Of a DNA stretch of 64,000 nt, positions 29,222 to 38,878 are shown one piece after another. The stretch's first letter is position 1. Each line of letters starts with the position of its first letter. The DNA is from Candidatus Bathyarchaeota archaeon (lineage in GTDB: Archaea > Thermoproteota > Bathyarchaeia > Bathyarchaeales > Bathycorpusculaceae): contig CAWHVC010000001.1 of assembly GCA_963832745.1 (NCBI GenBank), forward strand, positions 384,001-448,000. Reading direction: 5' to 3'. The notes beneath the pieces are model-generated. The model had not been told where the DNA came from. It searched no databases and saw only the letters and a list, made by a program, of their open reading frames with translations. The position numbers and the translations under genes were made by a program.

Positions 29222-30004
29222 ATGATAGATAATAAAGGTGAAAGGTGGGGGAATCCAATGACACACTTACAGAGTAACCTTCCACACAATAATATATCTA
29301 ATTCAGATACAAAATATAAACACTATCCTGAAGTCTCCATTTACAACCCAAACAATACAGCCAAAGGACAAATAGCGGAGGACCTAGTTAGAGATACTTT
29401 TACCATCAATGGAATAGCTGTTAAACCTCATGAAATAGATGACGGTGGATGTGATGGCATATTCACTTATGGTAGTGCTATATGCTGTTATGAAGTAAAC
29501 TATTGGAAGCCTAATACTTACTTTAAAGAGGAAAGAGTAGATGGTATTGATTGCAATTTAGTTAATGGATTTAACTATGTTAATAACAACTTTATTCCAA
29601 ATAAGGTTAAACATAAACTGCATATCTGCATAGGCGTTAAAAGAACTAGAGTGCAAATGCAACAAGCTAAAGCGGTAGGAATCAAAGTTATCTATTTTAG
29701 AGAATTACCCTCTAAAGAGGCATTATGGAATAAAATAAACTCCATCCTAGAGAATCCACACCTCAAATTCTACAAGATTAGATGTATAGGCAACAACCAT
29801 CTTAGGAATAATGATGATGGTGCTATACGCTCTTCTGTATGCTCATTAAATAACGCTATATGTTATCCTATCTCAGATACAGAGAAGCAGATACAGCGTA
29901 ATAGTCATAGTTCTGTAATCAAATCATCCATAAAGTGTAGGCTTAAGGGATTTAGGGATAAACTTACTAGAAATATTTCTGATTATTTTGAGGGTGGTAA
30001 CTAG
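29222..30004 (+). CDS. PD-(D/E)XK-like nuclease-fold protein
   Basis: KGQIAEDLV...GGCDGIF...YEVNYW pattern (E..D..E), with the Lys position replaced by Asn. Confidence 0.55.
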   Translation: MIDNKGERWGNPMTHLQSNLPHNNISNSDTKYKHYPEVSIYNPNNTAKGQIAEDLVRDTFTINGIAVKPHEIDDGGCDGIFTYGSAICCYEVNYWKPNTYFKEERVDGIDCNLVNGFNYVNNNFIPNKVKHKLHICIGVKRTRVQMQQAKAVGIKVIYFRELPSKEALWNKINSILENPHLKFYKIRCIGNNHLRNNDDGAIRSSVCSLNNAICYPISDTEKQIQRNSHSSVIKSSIKCRLKGFRDKLTRNISDYFEGGN

Positions 30005-30481
30005 ATGGATACTGATAAGGATTCTACTCACGCTTTAGGTGGTTGCTCAGATACAGCGTTATCCAATACAAAGTTATCTAGAATTGAAAGCATAGCAGAA
30101 GGCAGTAGCTTAACCAATAACACCATGAGACTAGTTAACTCCAAAACTCATGTAGATATAGGCTTCAAAGGTAAAGCTGTGCACTCTAGGGTATTAGAAA
30201 CATTATGGCAAATACTATATGAAGGCAAAATGGCTCCCTTTAATGTTGAATGCTACATTTTACCTACTGAACATTTCATAGAAGCATCAAGAATATTTGG
30301 GTTAGATGATAATACAGAATCTTTCACGTTCTGCAAAAGCAATCATTCCAGCGAATATGTAATTCTAGTTAGGGAATCCAACTTTGATGAGGAACTTAAT
30401 GCTCTGAAGAGTGAGCTAGAAATTATTACTCAAGCTAATTGGCTTACTAAAACTGTAGGGAGATTGCGATTATATGAATAA
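30005..30481 (+). CDS. hypothetical protein
   Basis: 158-aa ORF abutting the upstream stop, SD GAGGGTGG. Confidence 0.6.
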   Translation: MDTDKDSTHALGGCSDTALSNTKLSRIESIAEGSSLTNNTMRLVNSKTHVDIGFKGKAVHSRVLETLWQILYEGKMAPFNVECYILPTEHFIEASRIFGLDDNTESFTFCKSNHSSEYVILVRESNFDEELNALKSELEIITQANWLTKTVGRLRLYE

Positions 30482-30656
30482 AATAATGATGAAGGAACCT
30501 AGACCTAAAACAGTTATACGCCAATGTGAAGTATGCAAGCAACCAACATTCTTTATCACATTTGAAACTGATGTATGCGATAACTGCCAAGCTAAGCTAG
30601 ATGCTGAGAAACTTAACACTAAATCTAAACATGTATGGTTGAGGTGGTTTAGATGA
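30474..30656 (+). CDS. small CxxC-CxxC zinc-finger protein
   Basis: CEVCKQPTFF...CDNC; overlaps both neighbours. Confidence 0.6.
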   Translation: MNKIMMKEPRPKTVIRQCEVCKQPTFFITFETDVCDNCQAKLDAEKLNTKSKHVWLRWFR

Positions 30657-30820
30657 GAGAAACAATAGATACTGACTTTGGACAACAAAGTTATCCAACA
30701 TTCTTTACTGCTAAATGCTCTATCTGTGGATGCCCCACTGTATTTTGTATTGATGATGAATACCTTAGCAAAGATTCTCTAATCTGCTGTGTTTGCGCTA
30801 ATAAGAATAACAAAATCTAA
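30653..30820 (+). CDS. 55-aa zinc-finger microprotein
   Basis: SD GAGGTGG and ATGA overlap; MRETIDTDFGQQSYPTFFTAKCSICGCPTVFCIDDEYLSKDSLICCVCANKNNKI. Confidence 0.6.
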   Translation: MRETIDTDFGQQSYPTFFTAKCSICGCPTVFCIDDEYLSKDSLICCVCANKNNKI

Positions 30821-30892
30821 AGCATATACCTCTGCCCGTGATTAATTGAAAATCTTTTAAGCAGGTTACAACAAAAGAACAAATGATTAAAA

Positions 30893-31108
30893 ATGGAATA
30901 CAAAGGATTATTTGGGGCATTTTTGTTAGCTATTGGTGGCACTATTCTCTTTTTGTTATATTACATATTCTTTCAAATGGGTTACTCTCACGTTTATTTT
31001 CCTGCTTATCCAGCACTTGACCCAACCTTTATTGTTTTTAGCTTTGTAGGTTTTTTTGTTGCAGGAATAGGATTATTGTTAATAGTTCAAAGTGCTAAGC
31101 TGAAATAG
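30893..31108 (+). CDS. small two-TM membrane protein
   Basis: Two hydrophobic helices; TTTTAA upstream. Confidence 0.65.
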   Translation: MEYKGLFGAFLLAIGGTILFLLYYIFFQMGYSHVYFPAYPALDPTFIVFSFVGFFVAGIGLLLIVQSAKLK

Positions 31109-31604
31109 AAACAACCACTTCATAGAACCAAAACCTAAAGCATCTATAGCTCAGGCAATTACTTAATTCTAAATTGCCATAAGGTCTAATGTCCCTCCAT
31201 CATGTTTTTTGTTGAATATGAATTAACTACTTTTGCAACTAGCTCTATAGTGATTATCCATACCATCTGATATAGAATCAGAAGGTAAGCTCAATAATCC
31301 AACATTCAATATCCAACATTGCAGACTGTAACCATCAAACATCTCAACAAACTTAGCTCCATAAGAAACTAGTAAGAAACTCTGCACTAAGAAAGAAAAG
31401 TAAACAGTAAGTAAGCGTAGATGTGTATCATAGTTCTATGCTGTAATAAAACTCCATAGGATGCATGAGTTACCAATTAGTTAGGGTATAAAATAGATTT
31501 AGCGTTTGTTTGATATTTTACTGCATATATGCGCTAAGGCTCCAAAATTGTTCTTTAGGGGTCGTTATAAGCTCAATAGACATTCAGGCTCATAGCTGAT
31601 AACT

Positions 31605-32002
31605 ATGAGAATCAAACAATCTAGCTCTAAGATTGAATGCGAAGTATGCAGTAAGTTATCCACAGTACAATTATTCTATAAATCTGATGGAAAACTCAGC
31701 TATGGGCGTTTAGACATTATACAGAGTATAAAGAAGGCAAAGCCAATTACATCTACCACCAACAATCTTTAGATTATCTACAGCAAAAGCTTCTAGCTCA
31801 TGAACTAGAACTAGGTAATAGCACATCCATTGACATGAATAAGCCTAATTCAAGCTTAGAATTAAATAATAAAGAAGTGAATGGCGCCGCTGAAAGGACT
31901 CGAACCTTTGACCTACTGATTAACAGTCAGTCGCACTACCGAGCTATGCAACAGCGGCAAAGCCTGATTCTAATCCACACTCAATTTCATCAAGGTATTT
32001 AA
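31605..32002 (+). pseudogene. putative SSV-type integrase N-terminal fragment overlapping tRNA-Asn antisense
   Basis: MRIKQSSSKIECEVC...YGR, frameshift, then RHYTEYKEG...YHQQSLDY... open through the whole tRNA antisense strand. Confidence 0.5.
31882..31958 (-). tRNA. tRNA-Asn(GTT)
   Basis: GCCGCTG...ACTGA-CTGTTAA-TCAGT...GGTTCGAGTCC...CAGCGGCGCCA cloverleaf with encoded CCA. Confidence 0.97.
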
Positions 32003-32060
32003 GCATAACCATGAGTGTGTCCAAAGTAAAAAGAAAATATGCGTTATTTTCTCCCTGGTT

Positions 32061-33527
32061 TTACTCTATTTTTCTGACTTTATACCTTGCAACTGCCGCG
32101 AAACCCTTGTAAAATTCACGCATCAACCTATTGTACCATTTTCCCTTAAATGTCCAATCAATTAGGTTGTCAACCCATTTGAAGTCGTGCTCAGCACATT
32201 GAAGCATTAATTCGCGATGCTGCCGGTTCATTTTAGTATCCTTGAACCAATCTTCATCTTTCAAACGGCCAAGAGGAACAAAAAACAATGGTACAATCAA
32301 ACTGCGCATGCCTTTTAAGTCATCCATCAACTCCTGAGTTTTAATAATGTCATCTTCTGTTTCATCGGGTAACCCAACAATTAACGTGCCTGCCGGAACC
32401 AAATTGTTATCATGCATTAATCCCATGCCATTCACAACTACGTCATGCCAATCATCCGCCTTGAACGGGTGTGCTTTTGTTGGCATAATTTTTTTGGCTA
32501 TCTGGGCTGAACCTGTTTCTATTCCAATTTCAACGCCCCACCAATCTTGTTTTTGAAGAATGATTTCGGAGAGTTCATGGAACAGTTTTGGGTTTGAAGC
32601 TACCGCGGCTAATGAGCAGTGGCTCCAACTAACGCTTTCACAACGTTTAACGATTCTTTTATGCAATTCAACAAGTTTTTCAGGATTCGGCGTTGTGGTG
32701 TTTGATCCATAAAGCATTACATCTTCGGCATGCATGCAGGCGCCTGTAACCTTTCCAGATTTTAGGTTAACCTCTAATTCCCGTTCAACCTTTTCTATGG
32801 GATACCAACGCAGTGGTCTTAAGGTAACATTGCAGAATTGACACCCACGGCAACATCCACGCCCAATTTCGATTAGACCATTAATTGATGGTCCAATAAT
32901 GTCGGGGATTTCTTCCAGTTTAGGGGTTTCTCCTACGCCCACTTCATAGCGGATTGGAAGGTCTTCACCATTTAACGCAGTGTTGGCCAGTTTGCCAATA
33001 ACTTTTTCTGCTTCACCCTCAATTACACAATCAATTCCAAAATCCTTTATGGCTTTTTCTCGGTAACGGAATTGCCATGCACCAGGTCCACCGACAATTA
33101 CTTTTAATCCATTGTTTTTTGCTTTTTTTATCTCTGGGTCATACATTAATTGTTCAAAATATTTGGCGAGAAATGGTTCTTTTTTGAAGATAGCAGACAA
33201 TGTACTTGATGCCGGCCCCAAACCGAATGGGTCCATGCTATAGATGCCAAGGATTTTTACATCTTTTAGGTTTTCCTTTAAGTGCTGCGGGCTTACTGTT
33301 GAAACTTTGAAGCCTTCTTTTACAAGTTGAGCTTCTGTTTTCCTTAACCCGTAGGGTGCAGTTTGGGGTGAACCAATTTTGTTTGTTTTTATCGGTGGAA
33401 AAAACAGGTAACTATACAGCCAATCAGGGATAAAGTTGGGTGGTGCGCAGGTGCCAAATCCTAAAAACTCGTTGCTATGGTAATCGCTCATTAACGTTTT
33501 GTCGGCAGTAAGAAGTATTTCCGGCAT
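32061..33527 (-). CDS. B12-binding radical SAM protein
   Basis: APYGLRK, VGGPG cobalamin-binding region, GCCRGCQFC (CX3CX2C), GIETGS. Confidence 0.9.
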   Translation of the reverse strand: MPEILLTADKTLMSDYHSNEFLGFGTCAPPNFIPDWLYSYLFFPPIKTNKIGSPQTAPYGLRKTEAQLVKEGFKVSTVSPQHLKENLKDVKILGIYSMDPFGLGPASSTLSAIFKKEPFLAKYFEQLMYDPEIKKAKNNGLKVIVGGPGAWQFRYREKAIKDFGIDCVIEGEAEKVIGKLANTALNGEDLPIRYEVGVGETPKLEEIPDIIGPSINGLIEIGRGCCRGCQFCNVTLRPLRWYPIEKVERELEVNLKSGKVTGACMHAEDVMLYGSNTTTPNPEKLVELHKRIVKRCESVSWSHCSLAAVASNPKLFHELSEIILQKQDWWGVEIGIETGSAQIAKKIMPTKAHPFKADDWHDVVVNGMGLMHDNNLVPAGTLIVGLPDETEDDIIKTQELMDDLKGMRSLIVPLFFVPLGRLKDEDWFKDTKMNRQHRELMLQCAEHDFKWVDNLIDWTFKGKWYNRLMREFYKGFAAVARYKVRKIE

Positions 33528-33831
33528 TTTTCTATTTGCTCCTTAGCCATGCTTCTTTTTTGAAAAAGCAACCGTGTAAAAGTCTAGTCTGTTGGAAGAA
33601 AGAAATAAATGTATTGTTGCCTGTTTAAACTGCAATCTGCCGTTTTTAAGTTTACATTGTTACTGGTTCATTGAATAAACGTTAAAAAGAACCGCATTTT
33701 ATGTCAATATTAAAAATTGCTTATTTTACATTATTCACGGTAGTTTTTGCGTTTTACTAGAAAAATGTATATGAAGGATTACGTTAAAAATATTCAAACG
33801 ACCACCAGAGAAGGGATTATTACTGAAAAAA

Positions 33832-34386
33832 ATGACTGAGTTTAGATGGCATGGCAGAGGCGGTCAAGGCGCTTGGACAGCCAGCGAATTGCTGGCAAGA
33901 ACAGCACTTGACGAGGGTAAATACATTCAGTCTTTCCCAGAATTTGGGCCTGAACGAATGGGCGCCCCCGTGACTGCTTTCACCAGAATCAGCACCGAAC
34001 CAATCAGGTTGCATTGTGCAGTATTTGACCCGGACGTAGTAATAGTGTTAGATAATACTTTACTGAAAACTGTGCCTGTAACTGCAGGACTAAATCGTGA
34101 CGATGACTGTTTAATCATTAACTCAAGCGATGACCCTGCAGTATTAAAAGAAAATCTGCGTGTATCCAAAGGTAAGGTTTGGACAGTGCCCGCAACAGAA
34201 ATTGCCCTAAGAATCTTGGGTGCCCCAATAACTAATACGGCGTTGCTGGGTGTTGTAGCTAAAGCCACTGGAATAGTCTCTTTAGAAGGTATCCAGAAAA
34301 CTTTGAAGGGACGCTTTAGGCTGGAATTGGCAGAGAAAAACTTTGCTGTCGTTCAAGAAGCTTACAAGGAGGCAAAATTTGAATGA
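33832..34386 (+). CDS. porC: pyruvate/2-oxoacid:ferredoxin oxidoreductase gamma subunit
   Basis: HGRGGQG, FGPERMGAPV. Confidence 0.95.
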   Translation: MTEFRWHGRGGQGAWTASELLARTALDEGKYIQSFPEFGPERMGAPVTAFTRISTEPIRLHCAVFDPDVVIVLDNTLLKTVPVTAGLNRDDDCLIINSSDDPAVLKENLRVSKGKVWTVPATEIALRILGAPITNTALLGVVAKATGIVSLEGIQKTLKGRFRLELAEKNFAVVQEAYKEAKFE

Positions 34387-34673
34387 GTCGACAAGAAAAA
34401 GGTTGGAAAGACGTTAGCATGGCTGCAGTTTCATCAAAATCAAGCGTAGGTTTCATGACTGGCGACTGGAAAACCTACATGCCTGTGCGTGATTTGGATA
34501 AATGTGTTACTTGCTTAACTTGTGTGATGCTTTGTCCTGAAGGAGCAATCCGTTGGAGACCTGAGCTTGGAAAGATCGAGTTTGACCTTGGCTTCTGTAA
34601 AGGTTGTGGGATATGCGCTAATGAATGCCCAACCAAAGCAATTAGCATGAAAATGCCTGAAAAGGAGGAATAA
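34383..34673 (+). CDS. porD: 2-oxoacid:ferredoxin oxidoreductase delta subunit
   Basis: TGDWKT, two 4Fe-4S motifs (CVTCLTC..CP and CKGCGICANECP). Confidence 0.95.
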   Translation: MSRQEKGWKDVSMAAVSSKSSVGFMTGDWKTYMPVRDLDKCVTCLTCVMLCPEGAIRWRPELGKIEFDLGFCKGCGICANECPTKAISMKMPEKEE

Positions 34674-34677
34674 AAAG

Positions 34678-35910
34678 TTGACTCAATTATTAAAAAAAGA
34701 AACATTGGCCTTGAACGGTGACGAAGCAGTCGCGTTGGCAGCAAAACAATCTGACGTTGACGTTGTCGCTGCTTACCCAATTACTCCCCAAACAATTATC
34801 GTAGAAAAATTTAGTGAATATGTCGCTAACGGTGAAGTACAAACTCAGTTTGTCTGCACAGAATCTGAACACAGCGCCATGACCGCTTGTATTGCCTCTT
34901 CAGCGACTGGTGTAAGAACATTCACTGCAAGTGCATCCGCAGGTTTAGCTTTGATGCATGAAATGCTTTTTGTTGCTTCAGGTGCACGTACACCAGTTGT
35001 GATGGCAATTGCTAACCGTGCCTTATCTGCACCTCTTAACATTCATGGTGACCAATCAGATAGCATGGCTGAAAGGGATTCTGGTTGGATTCAGCTTTAT
35101 GCTGAAAACGCTCAAGAAGCATATGATACTGTTATTCAAGCTTTCAGGATTGGCGAGCATCTTGATGTTTCTTTGCCTGTAATTATAGGCATTGATGGCT
35201 TTACTATCAGTCACACGCTCGAAAACGTTGATGTGTTGCCTGATGATGAAGTGAAAAAGTTTGTCGGTGACCGACAACTGCCACTTGTGCTCAGTCACGA
35301 AGGCAAAATGGTTCCATACAAGCTTGACCCTAAAAACCCAATGACCATCGGAGCTAACGCATTACCAAACAATTACTTCGAGTTTAAACGCCAACAAGAA
35401 GAAGCAATGAAAAACGCGCTTAAACAAATACAAGCAATCAACACAGAATACGCAAACCTTACAGGCCGAAGCTACGGCAACGGTTTGATTGAAGAATACC
35501 AGATTGATGATGCAGAATTAATTGTTATTTGTCTGGGCGCAACTTCGGGAACATTGAAAGTTGTTGTTGACGAATTAAGACAAGAAGGCGTGAAAGCGGG
35601 TTTACTACGTTTGCGTACGTTCCGACCTTTACCTGTCGAAAACCTTCGAAATGCACTGAAAAACGCTAAAGCCATCGCAGTGATGGATAAAAGCATGAGT
35701 TTCGGCGGCTTTGGTGGTGCAGTTTTCCACGAAATCCGACACGTAATGTACGATTTGCCGACACATATTCCAATAGTAAACTTCATTTACGGTTTAGGCG
35801 GGCGTGACTCAACAACTAAAGATTTACGAAAAATCTTCGATGAACTATCTCACATTGCAAAAACCGGCAAAACCGATACGCTTGTGCACTATTTCGGATT
35901 AAGGGAGTAA
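34678..35910 (+). CDS. porA: 2-oxoacid:ferredoxin oxidoreductase alpha subunit
   Basis: AYPITPQT, ESEHSA, GLGGRD. Confidence 0.96.
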   Translation: MTQLLKKETLALNGDEAVALAAKQSDVDVVAAYPITPQTIIVEKFSEYVANGEVQTQFVCTESEHSAMTACIASSATGVRTFTASASAGLALMHEMLFVASGARTPVVMAIANRALSAPLNIHGDQSDSMAERDSGWIQLYAENAQEAYDTVIQAFRIGEHLDVSLPVIIGIDGFTISHTLENVDVLPDDEVKKFVGDRQLPLVLSHEGKMVPYKLDPKNPMTIGANALPNNYFEFKRQQEEAMKNALKQIQAINTEYANLTGRSYGNGLIEEYQIDDAELIVICLGATSGTLKVVVDELRQEGVKAGLLRLRTFRPLPVENLRNALKNAKAIAVMDKSMSFGGFGGAVFHEIRHVMYDLPTHIPIVNFIYGLGGRDSTTKDLRKIFDELSHIAKTGKTDTLVHYFGLRE

Positions 35911-36882
35911 ATGGAGGCAAAAAAGTTGACAACACAAGAATGGAAATTCACGGCAAAAGATATTGCATTAAAACCTGACTTGTTCCTGCCTGGTCACAGA
36001 GCATGCGCAGGATGCGGTCCCGCTTCAGTGCTGCGATTAATCATGAAGGCTACTCGCGGTCCAACAATTGTGACTGAAGCAACTGGCTGCATGGAAGTTG
36101 TTTCATCAATATATCCCTATACGTCTTGGGCGTTGCCTTGGTTGCATACTGCTTTTGAAAATGCTGCGGCGAATGCCGCCGGTATTGATGCTGCTTTGAA
36201 AGCTATGAAAATTAAGGATCCTTCAAGAGAGCATATTGACGTTATTGCGCTTGCAGGTGACGGTGGAACATACGATATTGGTTTGCAGGCGTTGTCAGGT
36301 GCTATTGAACGTGGTCACGACTTTTTGTTTGTTCTTTACGACAATGAAGGTTACATGAACACTGGGATTCAAAGAAGCGGTGGAACCCCCACTGGTGCAG
36401 CTACCACAACGACTCCCGCAGGAAAAGTTATTCCGGGAAAACTTGAAAAGAAGAAGCCAATCACCGAAATAATATTAGCCCATGAGCTAGAATACGTCGC
36501 TACTGCAACACCCTACTACTGGAAAGACCTCATGACTAAAGTCCGAAAAGGCTTAGAAGTTGAAGGCCCCGCATTTCTGCACGTCTTTGCTCCTTGTCCC
36601 CGTGGCTGGAGAACTGACCCGTCAAAAACTATGTCGTACTCTAAATTGTCTGTTGAAACCTGCGTTTTCCCCATCTGGGAAGCTGTCAACGGTAAACGTG
36701 CACTTTCGACACCCAGCAAAATATACGCTTTGGCACCGCAAAAGAAAAAGCCAGTAACAGACTACCTCACAGGTCAAGGACGCTTCCGCCACCTGTTTAA
36801 ACCAGAAAACAAGCATATAATTGACCAGATTCAACAGACAACTGATGAACGCTGGCAAAAACTGATAAAACAGTGCGAGTAA
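35911..36882 (+). CDS. porB: 2-oxoacid:ferredoxin oxidoreductase beta subunit
   Basis: GHRACAGCG, GDGG...DNEGYMNTG TPP motif, PCPRGW. Confidence 0.96.
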   Translation: MEAKKLTTQEWKFTAKDIALKPDLFLPGHRACAGCGPASVLRLIMKATRGPTIVTEATGCMEVVSSIYPYTSWALPWLHTAFENAAANAAGIDAALKAMKIKDPSREHIDVIALAGDGGTYDIGLQALSGAIERGHDFLFVLYDNEGYMNTGIQRSGGTPTGAATTTTPAGKVIPGKLEKKKPITEIILAHELEYVATATPYYWKDLMTKVRKGLEVEGPAFLHVFAPCPRGWRTDPSKTMSYSKLSVETCVFPIWEAVNGKRALSTPSKIYALAPQKKKPVTDYLTGQGRFRHLFKPENKHIIDQIQQTTDERWQKLIKQCE

Positions 36883-36889
36883 GCCTAAA

Positions 36890-36910
36890 CCTTTTTCTTT
36901 CCTTTTTTAG
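36890..36910 (+). terminator. oligo-T terminator after porB
   Basis: CTTTTTCTTTCCTTTTTT immediately after the stop codon. Confidence 0.5.
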
Positions 36911-36921
36911 TAACCTATTTT

Positions 36922-37222
36922 TTGAGAGTAGTTTGTTTGCGTTTAGCTTTGCTTACGAACGAATACATGACGGCTTACATGGAAATCGTACGGCAGGATT
37001 ACACGGATTATTACTTCTTTATTTATGACGTATTGTTGCAGAGAGAATGCACCAAAGTTTGGCTTGCCGTTGAAGGAGACAAAATCGTTGGGTTAATGCT
37101 GATTTATAAGGGAGGCTGATTTTATGGCTATTCACGTTTTGGAAAGCAATCCTGCGGCATTGCGGATTTATGAGGATACCGGGTTTAAGCCTTACAAGTC
37201 TTATGTATTGCTAAAAACCTAA
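36922..37222 (+). pseudogene. GNAT acetyltransferase with internal deletion
   Basis: N-terminal part VWLAVEGDKIVGLML*, followed directly by IHVLESNPAALRIYEDTGF (motif B); the middle is missing. Confidence 0.6.
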
Positions 37223-37238
37223 TCAATTTTAGCCTGTC

Positions 37239-37262
37239 TGTGACTGTGATGTGTCAATCACA
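37239..37262 (+). promoter_or_regulatory. 24-bp palindromic operator copy 3 (no clear downstream CDS)
   Basis: TGTGACTG-TGATGTGT-CAATCACA, then 4 nt, then TTTATC. Confidence 0.65.
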
Positions 37263-37771
37263 AATTTTTATCTGTGTTTCTAAGTGCATTGTATTTGTCG
37301 AAAGAAACATTGCGTCGTTTGGCAGATAAACCAGTTACCAAGCAAGGCTCTGCTTAGTCCTGCACTATGGGGCTTAGGCTCCCAAATGTGTATTTCTAAA
37401 CATCCTGCAAGGAATGTGGAAATCTGCCGAACGGCACCTGTGAATTGATTTTTAGGCAACAATTTTTTCGGAGCAGATACGCTTTTTTTGCGCCATCTTT
37501 TCTCAGCTGCAAACCACCTATAAAAGAGGAAATGCCGCCTATCTGCTCCACCAAGTTTTCAGAATACTTTTGGGTTGTTTCTACGCCATTACAAACCTAC
37601 CCCCTATAGGTTTCAACATAGAATTACTAATAGGATCTTAATAGGGCGGCAAATAGGTTGATGCTGATTTACCTCAAAGGAAATATTGGTCTAAACACTA
37701 AAATCCCGTGCAAGTCAGTATTATGAACAGTTTTTTATACAGGATTCAACTGGTAATTGCCTTGACAATCT

Positions 37772-38233
37772 TTGAAGAAAAAAATCATATTTGCTGTTGC
37801 AATTCCGTTAATCGTCGCTTCATTGATAGCAGTAATAATGCTTCCGGGTTTGGGCTTTCAACAGGAAACCAACCTCTACACTTACCCCTTGTCTGTTGGA
37901 GACAAAACCTATAAAGTAACCCTCAAAACCAATTGGAATGAAGAACCTTCGCCAACAGTTGCCCTCATCAATTCATCAGAAACTAATCGCCACGCTATAG
38001 AACTTTACTTTCTAGGCGGAAACGAAAAAACCGTATCTTATAACATCACCATTCCAACCGACCTACTGGGGGGAAACATTTCGCTGGTTTGGAAATACTA
38101 CCAACAAAACCCCGACCGCTACATCCTAACCAACAACGACACGTATAACTCGTTACAAATGACCTTTGAATACTCACCAAACTTCTCAGGTTCAGGATAC
38201 TTCGAAATATTGGGAACAGAAGGCGCCTGGTGA
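37772..38233 (+). CDS. secreted or membrane-anchored hypothetical protein
   Basis: Basic N-terminus and hydrophobic helix; NITIPTDLLGG beta-rich domain. Confidence 0.75.
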   Translation: MKKKIIFAVAIPLIVASLIAVIMLPGLGFQQETNLYTYPLSVGDKTYKVTLKTNWNEEPSPTVALINSSETNRHAIELYFLGGNEKTVSYNITIPTDLLGGNISLVWKYYQQNPDRYILTNNDTYNSLQMTFEYSPNFSGSGYFEILGTEGAW

Positions 38234-38344
38234 AAAGCAGCAAACGGGTAACCCAATTCACGGGTAATCAAGGCAATTTTTTCCTGTTAACCAAAACCTT
38301 TAAAGAAAGCCTATACGGGTTTAGTTTAGAAGCCAGGTAAGTTT

Positions 38345-38422
38345 GGGCGGGTAGATCAGCCTGGCATGATCGCCACGTTGGCATCGTGGAGGTCGCGGGT
38401 TCAAATCCCGCCCCGTCCACCA
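38345..38422 (+). tRNA. tRNA-Ala(GGC)
   Basis: GGGCGGG/CCCGTCC acceptor stem with G3:U70, CCACG-TTGGCAT-CGTGG anticodon arm, GGTTCAAATCC, CCA. Confidence 0.97.
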
Positions 38423-38507
38423 GAAACATTCTATATAAAATTAGCACAATTCTAAAAAAGCCAATATTCTTATGGTTTAGAATCACTCTAGAACTTGGTG
38501 ATTTTTT

Positions 38508-38621
38508 ATGAGCGAAATAAATAGTTTAAAATCTGAAGTAGATGATTTGAAAAATCGTGTAAACAAACTTGAAGCACATATCAAAGACCATGAAGTTCAC
38601 GGACATGAACATACGCATTAG
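38508..38621 (+). CDS. 37-aa coiled-coil microprotein with His-rich tail
   Basis: SD GGTGA; MSEINSLKSEVDDLKNRVNKLEAHIKDHEVHGHEHTH*; TTTTT after the stop. Confidence 0.7.
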   Translation: MSEINSLKSEVDDLKNRVNKLEAHIKDHEVHGHEHTH

Positions 38622-38878
38622 TTTTTAGAATAAACAACGAAATTTTGTTAGTCCAGCTAATTGTTTGTTGCTTAACTCTTTTGCTTTTGTTAGATTACAT
38701 TATAGTTGCCTAACTGTGTTGTCTAACGTCCTGTCGAAAGTTGCTAACTTAGTTGCTAAACGTTTGGTTTAAATTATCTTTTTTCCTGCCTCCGTTTTGT
38801 TTTAAATTAACTTCAATTTTGGAAAAATTATAAATAGGAAGTAAGGCGTGAACATGAAAAGGTAAGGGGAAAAGATAC

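Larger units (their letters stand above)
29200..31881. mobile_element. AT-rich integrated element relic adjacent to the tRNA-Asn 3' end
   Basis: Visibly AT-rich, with orphan nuclease-like and Zn-finger ORFs and an Int(N)-like ORF reading into the tRNA. Confidence 0.55.

Noticed and set aside
27906-31958. The tRNA fragment and tRNA-Asn as an attL/attR pair of one element
   Set aside because: The sequences do not match; the fragment is Ala-like.
38268-38486. 72-aa minus-strand ORF
   Set aside because: Antisense translation of tRNA-Ala with no integrase-like N-terminus.
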